Below, piece after piece: positions 28,453 to 37,753 of a stretch of 64,000 nt of DNA. A model generated the notes under the pieces. It ran no database searches and had not been told where the DNA came from. It saw only the letters and a program-made list of their open reading frames with translations. A program made the position numbers and the translations under genes. Numbering within the stretch: position 1 is the stretch's first letter; every line of letters begins with the position of its first letter. The stretch spans positions 62,001 through 126,000 of IMG/VR virus record IMGVR_UViG_3300020186_000013. One strand, given 5' to 3'.

Positions 28453-30015
28453 TTACAGGCACTGCCCGCTGTGGTATCGTGCCCGCACGCTCTCACGGAT
28501 GAGGGTGTAGGGCAGCGACTCTTGGTACGCCGTGCCGGTGAATGTTTTGACGGACTCGGTGAACCCCGGTCGCAAGTCATCCCCTGGTGCGTCCAGTGTA
28601 ACCGGGTCGTCTTGAAAAACCAATTCCACCAGCACGACGCAGCACTGCCCAGGGGGCACGAGGCGGCGGGCCAAGGTCGCGACCGACATGCCCAACGCAC
28701 CGGGACCGAACGACGCGGTCCGCAGCTTAACGACAAACAGGTTGTCGCGGAAGAGGTTACTCGTCAGGAAGCCCAGCGGGTTGACGGTCGCGGGCAGGGC
28801 CATCGCGGTCGGCTGACTGGTCCGAGCGGACGCCGGCCGCTGGTCCAGGAGCATCGCCAACGTCTGCCCGGAGGCCACGCCGTTTCGGTGCACGTCGGCC
28901 CAGAAGGCTTCAGCGTCGGCCGGCACGCCACCCACCTCGAACGATACCTTGGTGTACCCGTCGACGTCCTCTTCGACGACCAGGGGTACTACTTTGTTCT
29001 CAAACACGAGGTCTTGGAAGTACCCGGACCCGAGCAGTCCCTCGCCGACCGCGAGTGCCCGCAGGTCGGGGGGCAGCTGGCCTCGGTTGAACTCGAACAC
29101 CGTCAAGGCGTCCGACAGGCTGTCGCCCTTGCGGATGGTGTCGCCCACGGCGGGAACGATCGTCGACCGGGGGTTGAATCGGTAAACGAACTTGTCGGTG
29201 ATGACGAGGGTTGTGTTCGGCTCGTAAACAATGTCCTCAACGACCTCGGTGCCGTGGGCCAAATCCACGCCCGCCACGGTCGCGAACAGGCGGTCGAGAG
29301 ACAACGACGAGCCGCCGTCGATCAGGCCATCAAAGACGGCGTTAATCAGTTCCCGGTAGCCCTCGGACGAGGACAGGTGGACGCCGAGGGCGTAACCGAA
29401 CTGCTCGTACACGGTATTGAGGTCGAGTTCGCCCCGGTAGATCCACAGCCCAGCCTGACGGTCAATGACTTTGTTGTCCTTGAGCAGCGTCCGGATCGGG
29501 GTCAGCGGGTCGGCGAACGGGTCGTCGCGGAACGTGAGACTTGTTTTCCCGTTGTTGGCATTTTTCTCAAGCAGGAAATCAACCCCGTTTAAGAAAGTCA
29601 GGCTGGGGTCGGTGATGCGGTTGGTGATCGCCGGCACATCGACCAGCTGCGGGTCCACGTTCCAACTGAACATCGACCCGGCGACAGGGATGCCGTATTC
29701 GAGGTCGCCCGGCTGGTAGGCGTGGGTGCCGATGTACCTCGCCAGATTGGCGTCCGATAGATTCCTCTGCGACTCCAGCAGCTCTAGAAAGTACCAGTTC
29801 TCCTTGCGGAATACGGGGACCGTGTACCGACTCACGGAGGCCAGTAGGTCGAGGGTGTTGAGGTAGAGTTGGGCGTCGAGCTGGCCGCGAGCGTAGAGGT
29901 AGCTTTGGACGGGGAACGACCCCTGGTAGACGTTCTCCCAGAACGTCCCGACCAGAGCGAGCAACGCCTCTGGCTTGTCCAGTTGGTTCGTCGGATAGGT
30001 GTAGGGCTGCGTCAT
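28453..30015 (-). CDS. Putative baseplate wedge protein (gp7/P2 I-like position)
   Basis: 520 aa; FGYALG...YRELINAVF...GSSL; follows the J-like gene once the cargo cassette is removed. Confidence 0.55.
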   Translation of the reverse strand: MTQPYTYPTNQLDKPEALLALVGTFWENVYQGSFPVQSYLYARGQLDAQLYLNTLDLLASVSRYTVPVFRKENWYFLELLESQRNLSDANLARYIGTHAYQPGDLEYGIPVAGSMFSWNVDPQLVDVPAITNRITDPSLTFLNGVDFLLEKNANNGKTSLTFRDDPFADPLTPIRTLLKDNKVIDRQAGLWIYRGELDLNTVYEQFGYALGVHLSSSEGYRELINAVFDGLIDGGSSLSLDRLFATVAGVDLAHGTEVVEDIVYEPNTTLVITDKFVYRFNPRSTIVPAVGDTIRKGDSLSDALTVFEFNRGQLPPDLRALAVGEGLLGSGYFQDLVFENKVVPLVVEEDVDGYTKVSFEVGGVPADAEAFWADVHRNGVASGQTLAMLLDQRPASARTSQPTAMALPATVNPLGFLTSNLFRDNLFVVKLRTASFGPGALGMSVATLARRLVPPGQCCVVLVELVFQDDPVTLDAPGDDLRPGFTESVKTFTGTAYQESLPYTLIRESVRARYHSGQCL

Positions 30016-30018
30016 GGT

Positions 30019-30034
30019 TAGAAGCCAGTTTCTA
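30019..30034 (-). repeat. Dispersed 16-bp quasi-palindrome, copy 4 (TAGAAACTGGCTTCTA)
   Basis: Ends 3 bp upstream of the ATG at 30015; identical to copies 5 and 6. Confidence 0.9.
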
Positions 30035-30040
30035 ACGAAT

Positions 30041-30070
30041 GAGGGGTCAGCCCGTCAGAGCTGACCCCTC
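30041..30070 (-). terminator. Hairpin closing the cargo cassette
   Basis: 11-bp stem GAGGGGTCAGC/GCTGACCCCTC followed by ATTCGTT (weak U tract). Confidence 0.5.
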
Positions 30071-30100
30071 GTTGCGGGCAGGGTACGCAAGGTCACCGAA

Positions 30101-30796
30101 TCAGTGGCACTGGGCGATGTACTGCCGTTGCGGTGCCGTCACGATGTACTGCGGGGCCTGCACGTATCTAACGTACTGCGGGGCCTGCACGACCTGCTGC
30201 ACCTGCGGCGGGCAAGGATCGACAACGGACAACGGAGTGGCGTCAGGGGCCTTCACCGGAGCCGGTGCGACCATTGGAGCCGGTGCTACCATTGGGGCTG
30301 GCTGGACAACTGGAGCCGCCTGCACGACCTGCACCGGTTGCACGTACTGGTACGCCGGCACCTGAATCACTTGCTGCGGAGCGTACTGAATGTTCTGAAC
30401 GGTGTTGTACGGCGTGTAGCTGTACGTGTTCAGCTGGTTCAGTTGCAGGCGTTGACCAACCAGGAGTTGCTGCTGCTGCACGTGCTGCACCTGCACGACC
30501 TGTTGGACGTGCTGCACCTGCACCTGCTGGATCTGCTGCACGTGCTGCACCCGCACCTGCTGCACGTGCACCGGGGCAACGAGCAGACGCTGCCGGGGGA
30601 CAATCACCCGCTGAGGAGCGACGATCACCCGCTGGGGGGCGACCACGATCCGCTGTGGAGCGATGAAGCCGCCGCCGACCTGCACGATATTGGTCCGACG
30701 GCCGAGGAGGCCACGGTTGTTGACGACAGTGACCTGGCCGAAGGCGTCGGTGACGAGGCAGAGAAGGGCCAGAGTGGCCAAAGCGAGAGTCCGCAT
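30101..30796 (-). CDS. Secreted Gln/Val-rich low-complexity protein
   Basis: Start re-called to MRTLALATLALLCLVTDAFG (signal peptide, SD AAGGAGG). Contains APQR and QHVQQ repeats. Confidence 0.75.
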   Translation of the reverse strand: MRTLALATLALLCLVTDAFGQVTVVNNRGLLGRRTNIVQVGGGFIAPQRIVVAPQRVIVAPQRVIVPRQRLLVAPVHVQQVRVQHVQQIQQVQVQHVQQVVQVQHVQQQQLLVGQRLQLNQLNTYSYTPYNTVQNIQYAPQQVIQVPAYQYVQPVQVVQAAPVVQPAPMVAPAPMVAPAPVKAPDATPLSVVDPCPPQVQQVVQAPQYVRYVQAPQYIVTAPQRQYIAQCH

Positions 30797-30867
30797 AACT
30801 AACCTCCTTGTAACTGCGATTACCATCCAGACACACATGCCTGCCGGTAGGTTCCAGAGACCGTATT

Positions 30868-31566
30868 CTACGGCGAAACGGTCCACTTCAGCAAGGCCGG
30901 CAGGTATTCCTGTTTCAGGGCCTTGCTGCCGTCATTGACGGCCTCGGGCGGCATGACGCCGGTCGACGCCTGCCCGTAGATCATCCACTTCCGCTCTTTG
31001 CCGTGTTTGGCGAGGGCGTAGTTGCCGTTCTGTTCGTACAGGAGCCGCAGGTTGCCCTTGGTCCCCATGGAGCCGCCGTGGCACTTGTAGCACGTCCCCA
31101 CGAACGCGGCGATCACTTGGGGGTCGCCCTTGTCGTCGATACCAAGGTCAGTCCGGACTCCCGACTGGGTCACAGGCGGTTGGATCATAGGAGCGGGGGC
31201 CACGGCAGGGGGCGGCGTATATGTTGCCCCCGGAGCGACGGGCTGCCCCTGGGTGGCCAAATAGTTGCGAAGTTCTTCGCGGATCACGTCGCGGATCGCG
31301 GCCCGCTGCTGGTAGGCGTCGTGGACCGAGTAGTAGTGTGTCGCCCCGTACGCCTGAATTGGGACAGCGTAGCTGACAACGGGGACGGTCACGACCAGGG
31401 GAGCGACGACCACCTCTTGGGCGACGACCTTTTGGACCGGGGCAGTGTAGTAGTTGTACCCGCTCGACTGATACGTCGGCTGGTAGTACGTCTGGCAGCG
31501 GATTTGAGCCTTCGCCTCGGCCGCGACGAGCAGCAGTGCGACGGCCGCGATTGCGGTGCGGAACAT
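30868..31566 (-). CDS. Secreted protein with a planctomycete-type cytochrome c domain
   Basis: Signal peptide MFRTAIAAVALLLVAAEAKA; CYKCHG...KGNLRL...MPP...L..W. Confidence 0.7.
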   Translation of the reverse strand: MFRTAIAAVALLLVAAEAKAQIRCQTYYQPTYQSSGYNYYTAPVQKVVAQEVVVAPLVVTVPVVSYAVPIQAYGATHYYSVHDAYQQRAAIRDVIREELRNYLATQGQPVAPGATYTPPPAVAPAPMIQPPVTQSGVRTDLGIDDKGDPQVIAAFVGTCYKCHGGSMGTKGNLRLLYEQNGNYALAKHGKERKWMIYGQASTGVMPPEAVNDGSKALKQEYLPALLKWTVSP

Positions 31567-31618
31567 GTGGACTCCTTCCCATATGTGCGTGCGGACACGC
31601 GGGTTGCATTATCCCTGG

Positions 31619-33388
31619 TCACGGGGCTACGGACAAGGGCGGTAGCCCTCGCAGCTCGCGGTCCGCCTGGACGGCCTTGCGGTACTCCATCAAAAGGAGG
31701 AACGCCTCCTGGTATCCGCCCCTCTCCCACGTCGTGCGGGGGATCGGCTTGCCGTCGAGGATCAATCGACCGATGCGGCCCTTGGTCGACAGCGATATAG
31801 CGTCGGCAAACTCTTGGGGATTGCTGCCGCACTCACGGGCGGCTTGCTCCAGGCTCAGTGGGGCGATGTACCACAGGCGGTGTTTCTTGAACTGCTCGGC
31901 GTTCTCGTCACCCGACAGCCCGTTGCACTCTTTGATGAAGTCCTTGTAGGCTTCCTGGTCGTTCCGCACCAGCCGCTGGATGTTCGATAGGTAGAAGGAC
32001 TGGATCTGTTGCTTGGTTTGAATGTTGGCGTTCAGCTTGACACCACTGCGAAGGATCGCACTTACCTCGTTCTTGGGGGTGATGATGCCCTCGACGTGGC
32101 ACGCCACGCAGCTCTTCCATGTTAGCACGATACCCTTCTCGCCCGATATCGTGTCGTGTACGACGCGAGGGTCGCCGAACTCCACACGCTGGTTCTCGCC
32201 GTTGGTGAGCAGGTAGTATTGGGCACCCTTCATGTCCTGGAAGATGATCTCGGCCGCATCGAACTTCGTCGGGGGTACGGGTAGGGTCTCCAGGAAGTCC
32301 TGGTCCCCGGCGGTGCGGAATACGTCGTACGTCTGCCACAGCACGCCCCCTGGCCCCTGAATGCGTCGCAGTACGCGGTTCTGGTACGACACGTAGCTCT
32401 CGCCCTGGTCGACGACAACACCGCGATCCGCGTACCGTTTACGAGCCTGCTTTTCGTCCACGCCCCAGAACTTGAAGAACTCGTCCGTCGTCTTCGGGAC
32501 TGTCCCGGCAATCTTCTGCTTGACGGTCTTCTTGGTCTTCTGAACGACCTTCCGGGTGGCGTACTCTTTCTCCATGTACTTGTGGCCCTTCGGAAACACG
32601 GTCCCCTTGAGATCGGGACCACCAGGCCAGATCTTCTCCACCATCCGCCCGGTTTCGTACGCCTCATCGGTCGAAGTCTCGACCTCAGTCTCGACCTCCT
32701 TCTCGGCCGTGCTGTACGAATACAGGAGCTGGTAGTAGAAGGCGTTGTCAGCTTGAGTCGCGGCCGACGCCAGGAATTGGGTGGTGTCGCCAACGTAGTA
32801 GACGAACCAGTCGGACCGGACGACGCCGTTGCCGATCATGCTTTTCGTGTATGCCAAACCTCGGCTGTCCGACGGGATCAAGGGCTCGCGGAAGTAAGGG
32901 TCCTCGGCCGAGATCTTCTCGAACACTTCGGGCGTCCAGCAGTACCACCGCAGGTCGATCCAGTAGAGGCGGTTGTCCGTATTCGGGACTACGCGGGGTC
33001 GCTCGACGACTGGCCCGGCCGAGGCCGAGTTGCAAGTGAAGAGGAGGGACGCAGTGGCTTCAGGGAGGCGATTACGCGGCACGCCCGACAGGTCGAAGAA
33101 TCGCAGGTAGGCGACCTCCTCCGTTGCCTTCTTCTCTGCTGTTCGCAGATCAGATCCACCGGCGAGGAAGTCGGCTGTGAAATACTTGTGCATGACCGAT
33201 ACGTGCTCGGCCACCCGTTCCACGACATACGCGGGACTCCACGCGGGCAATTCGGGGTTGAGCTTCAATCGGAGTTTTTCCCATCCCGCGTCCGGTGGTT
33301 CCAATACGTCCGACTGGCCTCCCGCCGGCAGGATTGCCAGCAGGAGGCCGAGCAGGACGGCCGGAATCAGTGCGACCCGTGGGGTCAT
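31619..33388 (-). CDS. Secreted protein with a single CxxCH haem-binding motif
   Basis: Signal peptide; NRV..R...G..WQTYD...AAEIIF...YLL...SCVACH, a pattern recalled from planctomycete exported proteins. Confidence 0.6.
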   Translation of the reverse strand: MTPRVALIPAVLLGLLLAILPAGGQSDVLEPPDAGWEKLRLKLNPELPAWSPAYVVERVAEHVSVMHKYFTADFLAGGSDLRTAEKKATEEVAYLRFFDLSGVPRNRLPEATASLLFTCNSASAGPVVERPRVVPNTDNRLYWIDLRWYCWTPEVFEKISAEDPYFREPLIPSDSRGLAYTKSMIGNGVVRSDWFVYYVGDTTQFLASAATQADNAFYYQLLYSYSTAEKEVETEVETSTDEAYETGRMVEKIWPGGPDLKGTVFPKGHKYMEKEYATRKVVQKTKKTVKQKIAGTVPKTTDEFFKFWGVDEKQARKRYADRGVVVDQGESYVSYQNRVLRRIQGPGGVLWQTYDVFRTAGDQDFLETLPVPPTKFDAAEIIFQDMKGAQYYLLTNGENQRVEFGDPRVVHDTISGEKGIVLTWKSCVACHVEGIITPKNEVSAILRSGVKLNANIQTKQQIQSFYLSNIQRLVRNDQEAYKDFIKECNGLSGDENAEQFKKHRLWYIAPLSLEQAARECGSNPQEFADAISLSTKGRIGRLILDGKPIPRTTWERGGYQEAFLLLMEYRKAVQADRELRGLPPLSVAP

Positions 33389-33399
33389 GGCTCACTCCG

Positions 33400-34383
33400 T
33401 CAGGCAATCTTCTTACCGTCGAGGAAGATCCCCGTGGCCCCCTCAATGAGGAGGAACGACTTGTTGCCGGGGGTTGACGGCGTAGTCGGACCCGGCGGCA
33501 CGGGAACCGTCGGAGGTACGGGAGTCGGCGGCGGTACGTTGTCGGGCGGGCCGTACCGGGCTTGGATACGGGGTACGTCGTCGTTGCCTTGGGGGCCGCT
33601 GATGTTGACGTTGTAGTACGGGGCCATGAGGGCCGAGCCGACCTTGCTGTGGTCGAGGCCGAGCAAGTGGCCGAACTCGTGACAAGCGACGTTCATCATC
33701 AGAATGCCCCGTTGGTTGGGGTCCGTGATCCACGTCTCGTCCACGTCGAACCGCATCTGCAACTGCTGGTCGCTGCCGTCGGGCAAGTACGCCCAAGCCA
33801 GGACGCCGCCGGAGCCATCGAAGTTCGATTTCTGCCCCTGGCCAGTACCGATTAAGATGTCGCACGACTCGCCCGACCGGGCCTTCTCGATGTTCAGCTT
33901 GGCGACCCGCATCCAGCGGTTGAACGCCTCTTGGAGGATCGCGTCCTGCTCGATCTTGCCGAGGCCACTGACGTAATCCGTGATGCAATACTTGATCGAC
34001 GTCTTCCGCCACCGGGGCAGGTTCAGCTCGGCGAACTGCTTCATCTTCATGTACTGGGCACCGCTGGCCGTGTCCGGCTGCACCAGGTCGGGGCACCCGC
34101 ACCGTTGCAGCTCCATCGCCCGGACGGTCTTGGCGTCGATCTGCCCGCTCTCCTTCAGGCCGAAGAACTTCTGGAACGCCGAGACAGCGTTGACGATGTC
34201 CCCCAGGCTGATGTCCGTCCAGCCGGACAGTTCCTTGCCGAGGTAGCCGAAGGCGTCGAGGTAATTGAGGGCGAACCGGGCCTCTGGTTTGGCCGATCGC
34301 GAGTCGTTGATTCGGTTGAAGTCGGTCAGGGCTTGCACGGCGTGCTCGACGTGCCCGCTGCTCGGATCTGTGCTCGAATTCAT
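33400..34383 (-). CDS. Matrixin (M10/MMP-like) zinc metalloprotease with a peptidoglycan-binding-like prodomain
   Basis: YLDAFGYL...AFQKFFGL...G.ID..T; cysteine switch RCGCPD; FDGSGGVLAWA; HEFGHLLGLDHS; Met-turn ALMAP. Confidence 0.9.
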   Translation of the reverse strand: MNSSTDPSSGHVEHAVQALTDFNRINDSRSAKPEARFALNYLDAFGYLGKELSGWTDISLGDIVNAVSAFQKFFGLKESGQIDAKTVRAMELQRCGCPDLVQPDTASGAQYMKMKQFAELNLPRWRKTSIKYCITDYVSGLGKIEQDAILQEAFNRWMRVAKLNIEKARSGESCDILIGTGQGQKSNFDGSGGVLAWAYLPDGSDQQLQMRFDVDETWITDPNQRGILMMNVACHEFGHLLGLDHSKVGSALMAPYYNVNISGPQGNDDVPRIQARYGPPDNVPPPTPVPPTVPVPPGPTTPSTPGNKSFLLIEGATGIFLDGKKIA

Positions 34384-34401
34384 TGCCGTCCTCCTTGACA
34401 G

Positions 34402-36054
34402 TTACACGTTCGTGGGCACCGCCGAGACTACCGCAATCCCGACGTCGGCGGCGTCCAAGAAGAACTGCACCGTCCGTGGTGTCACCATGTTCGCCGGAGA
34501 GTTCGGGACCTGGAGGGTCTCGTCACTCCGGATGTATTTGATCGAGTTGTTAGGGTATCTGATGCGGCCGAACATGTCGATAGCACCGGTGCTCATGCCG
34601 TCCGACAGGTAGGGGGCGATGACGGCTTGGAGCGTGCTGGCACTGACGGTGCCTGTGAACCCGGTAGTGTTGACGGTGTGGACCAGGGCGTTGGCAATCG
34701 CCGCGACGTCCGGGTCGGCTGACAAGTTCCGCTTGACGATCTTGAACGACAGCTGGACGAAACACGGCACCGGGGCCTTGACCAAAACGTCAGTACCGCG
34801 ACTGCGGACCTCGGGCATGTTGATCGTGTCCTGGATGTCGCCAATGAGGGGTAAGCACCGGACTTCGAGGGTGTACAGGTTCGTTGCCCCCGGTAGCAGG
34901 CCAGTCGTCGGCGTGACGGTATCGGTGAACTGGATCACGGCCGTCTGGTAGCGGGTGTACGCCCCCTCGGCCAAGGTGCGGATGTCGGGGACGAATCCGG
35001 TCAACCCGGTGAAGTCGAGGGCACGGGCGTCTGAGTTGATCGTGAACCCGCCGATGACGTTCTCGGCGTCAGCCCGGCGGATGTTGGCGACCTCGTAGAA
35101 GCCTGGGGCGTCGTCGCGGCTTACGTTGAACTGCCATAGGCCGCTACCATCATTGTTGACCCGCACCAAGCTGGCCGTCTTCGAGAGGGCCAAGTGGAAC
35201 AGGTCGTCCTGGGACCGGATGTACCAGTCGGCCCGCCCGCCGTAACTGACGGGGAAGATGGTGTGCCGATCCCGGTGCATCTCAGGGTCGCCGTAGCCGA
35301 TGACGGATGTCACGGGCACCGCACTGTACGCCGTGATCGACCGCAGGAAGGCGTTCATGTTGACGCGGTTCGACAGGGTCTTGGCGGCGATGCCCTGCTG
35401 GAGACGGTTGATCAGTTCCTGGTTGGTCTCGGTGTTTCGCCCCTCGGTGAAGTCACTGACCACATAACTGCGGAGGTAGTGCGACGGCAGCTGAGTCGGA
35501 ACGATCGGCGTGTCCTTCTTGAGCAGCCCGGCCGACCCGACGGCCTGGGCGAACACGGTGATCGTGAACACGTAGGTGCCGTCCTGGAGCAGCGTCAGGA
35601 GTCGGTCGCTTGCGTCGTTGATCTGGGCCGGGTCGTTCTTCGCCGCGTACACCTGGTCGGTCTGGAAGATCTGCCCGTCGGCCTCGAAGGTGGTGCCCAG
35701 GGACAGCGTGACGATCGTGTTCGTTGACAGGACGATGGCGACCTCACCCTGGGCGACCGTCCCGGCGTACCGGAACAAGCCGAAGTTCGACAGCACGCCG
35801 TCGACCGTGTCTGGGTCGGCCAGGGTCGGATCGGCCTGGATGTCGATGAGGCTGCGGGCCGACAGGTAATCTTTGACGTTGGCGTCGAGCTGGGCTTCGA
35901 GGACCGCATGGTAGTAAGCGAGGAGGTTGTGCAGCACCCCGAACCGAAGGTCCAAGGTCGGGTTGTCCTCCTGCACCCGTGCCGTGACCTCGGACAGGTT
36001 CTGAGCCACGACGGCCGCGTCCAGGGTCGTCAGGTCTCGGAGTGCAATCGTCAT
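34402..36054 (-). CDS. Baseplate J/gp6-like protein
   Basis: DLRFGVLHNLL, AQGEV, GTTF, AQAVGSAG, GRNTETNQELINR, GGRADWY. Confidence 0.75.
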   Translation of the reverse strand: MTIALRDLTTLDAAVVAQNLSEVTARVQEDNPTLDLRFGVLHNLLAYYHAVLEAQLDANVKDYLSARSLIDIQADPTLADPDTVDGVLSNFGLFRYAGTVAQGEVAIVLSTNTIVTLSLGTTFEADGQIFQTDQVYAAKNDPAQINDASDRLLTLLQDGTYVFTITVFAQAVGSAGLLKKDTPIVPTQLPSHYLRSYVVSDFTEGRNTETNQELINRLQQGIAAKTLSNRVNMNAFLRSITAYSAVPVTSVIGYGDPEMHRDRHTIFPVSYGGRADWYIRSQDDLFHLALSKTASLVRVNNDGSGLWQFNVSRDDAPGFYEVANIRRADAENVIGGFTINSDARALDFTGLTGFVPDIRTLAEGAYTRYQTAVIQFTDTVTPTTGLLPGATNLYTLEVRCLPLIGDIQDTINMPEVRSRGTDVLVKAPVPCFVQLSFKIVKRNLSADPDVAAIANALVHTVNTTGFTGTVSASTLQAVIAPYLSDGMSTGAIDMFGRIRYPNNSIKYIRSDETLQVPNSPANMVTPRTVQFFLDAADVGIAVVSAVPTNV

Positions 36055-36067
36055 GGCGTCCTGCCCC

Positions 36068-36559
36068 TTATCGCAACGTCACAGGGATGGGGGCGATAAA
36101 CGCCCGCTTGGTGCCGGCCTCGCTGACCAGAGCCAGCCGGAGGATAACATAATCGGGTGCCGTCAGCACGATCGACAGCACCGTCACGCCGTTGAACCGC
36201 TCGTCGGGCGGGTCAGTCGCCAGCTGGAGTGCCCGCAGTTGCCGCTTGACGTCAACCATCGAGAACGAGAACGATTGGAGCACGTCGGTGGACGTCCGCC
36301 ACCGCCCCTGGCGGGCGTCTTGCATGAACGGGCAACCGGCGTCGGGGTTGTACGGCTGTGACCCCTTGTCCGTGAGGAGCAGCATGAGGAACCTCTGGGC
36401 CAGCTTGAAGATGCCCGTGAGGACCTCGCCGCCCTCGCCCGGCTGGGCGATGGCCTGGTCGACCTGCTTGTCCGTACCGTAGCCGGCACCGTGAAAGCAG
36501 CTGATGTCGATCGTGCGTCCGACGTAGTCGACGACCGTGGTCTTGGGGGCAATGGTCAT
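36068..36559 (-). CDS. Baseplate wedge gp25/W-like protein
   Basis: TGIFKLAQRFLMLLLTDKGS..Y.P..G; start re-called to MTIAPK (ATGA overlap); directly upstream of the J-like gene. Confidence 0.65.
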   Translation of the reverse strand: MTIAPKTTVVDYVGRTIDISCFHGAGYGTDKQVDQAIAQPGEGGEVLTGIFKLAQRFLMLLLTDKGSQPYNPDAGCPFMQDARQGRWRTSTDVLQSFSFSMVDVKRQLRALQLATDPPDERFNGVTVLSIVLTAPDYVILRLALVSEAGTKRAFIAPIPVTLR

Positions 36560-37017
36560 TGCGGTCCTTTCGCCCTCTTGATAGAGCGGCTGACAAACTC
36601 GATCCCGCACTCTTTGAACACCCCAAGGCTAGACCCCTGGCCATGTCGCGTCCCCGCGAGGTGGGCGAACCGCCGCGATCGGTTCATGGTCATGCGTGCC
36701 CGGAACGACCGCTCCATCACCGCGAGGTAATCGACCATGGTGCAGGCGTTGATGATGTCCTGCACCACACCCGGCGTGTTGGGGCTCTCGATCGCCCGGA
36801 CCGCATCATTGTTCGACTTCGACCGGTCGAACGGGGTCGCCATACCGGTGTGGTCGAACGGGTTGCCGTTCCACCCCGTCGGCCGCATCCACCGGATCTG
36901 CCCGCCGGTGCGGAGCTGCTGCTCCTGCTCCTGGCACAGCTGCTGGACCCGCTCCAGCTGCCGCTGGAACACGGGGTCCATGTCGACCTTGGACACGGGC
37001 TTGGCGACGTCGGGCAT
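36556..37017 (-). CDS. Hypothetical protein
   Basis: 153 aa in the baseplate operon. Confidence 0.7.
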   Translation of the reverse strand: MPDVAKPVSKVDMDPVFQRQLERVQQLCQEQEQQLRTGGQIRWMRPTGWNGNPFDHTGMATPFDRSKSNNDAVRAIESPNTPGVVQDIINACTMVDYLAVMERSFRARMTMNRSRRFAHLAGTRHGQGSSLGVFKECGIEFVSRSIKRAKGPQ

Positions 37018-37024
37018 GGTGTCC

Positions 37025-37753
37025 TCAGAACGGCGACAGCTCGTCGCCCTTGTTCAGTTGCTCTTGGATGTACTTCTTCCGCTGGCTGACGAGGCCGGGG
37101 CTGCGGCGGATCTTGTCGGCGATCTGGTGGTTGGCCAAGACCTTCTTGCCGTTGTACCCGAGGGTGTGCTCGAAGATCAGCTTGTCGGTGGGCGTCAGGT
37201 CGTCGTACACGATCTGGTGCCACATGGTTGATTTGGGTGAGCCGGTGCCGCCGAACACCATCTGCTCGGGGTTCGACGCCTCCAGGGTCCCCTCGGCCAC
37301 AGCCGGGTTGTACGTCCGCACGTGCTTCATCCGCTTGTGGGAGAAGCCGGTGCGATCGGCCAGCTCGGCGTCCGACGGGTCGCGGCCCAGTTCGTGCGAC
37401 AGCTCTTGGTGGGCGTTCTCCATGTTGTACCGGTCGAGGGACACCCGCTCGGGGACCTTCATGACCGACCCTTGCTGGCGGCTGACTCGCTTCAACCCTT
37501 GGAGCTGGTTGAACAGGTGCGTCTGCAACCGGGACCGCTTTGGGTCGTACGTGCCGAGTGAGTCGAGGGTCATCCGCCGAGCCCGGCTGGTAATTAGCGG
37601 GTTGGGCTCGCCGACGTGGGTACGAATCGCCTTGTCGATGGTTGGTTGGAGGTGCGTGAGGATGGCGGCATTGGCCTCGGGGGTCTTGGCCCCCTTCCAC
37701 GTCCCGAAGGCTTCCGTGTGTTCGGGTTCCAACATGCTGGTGCTAGGTAACAT
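37025..37753 (-). CDS. Sigma-70-family (FliA/SigB-like) RNA polymerase sigma factor
   Basis: Region 2 (YDPKRSRLQTHL...MKVPER), region 3 (ELGRDPSDAELADRTG), region 4 HTH (LTPTDKLIF...G...QIADKIRRSPGLVSQRK). Start re-called to 37753 with SD GGGAGG. Confidence 0.8.
   Translation of the reverse strand: MLPSTSMLEPEHTEAFGTWKGAKTPEANAAILTHLQPTIDKAIRTHVGEPNPLITSRARRMTLDSLGTYDPKRSRLQTHLFNQLQGLKRVSRQQGSVMKVPERVSLDRYNMENAHQELSHELGRDPSDAELADRTGFSHKRMKHVRTYNPAVAEGTLEASNPEQMVFGGTGSPKSTMWHQIVYDDLTPTDKLIFEHTLGYNGKKVLANHQIADKIRRSPGLVSQRKKYIQEQLNKGDELSPF

Noticed and set aside
29785-29800. TAGAAAGTACCAGTTC as a palindrome copy
   Set aside because: Only the first six bases match.
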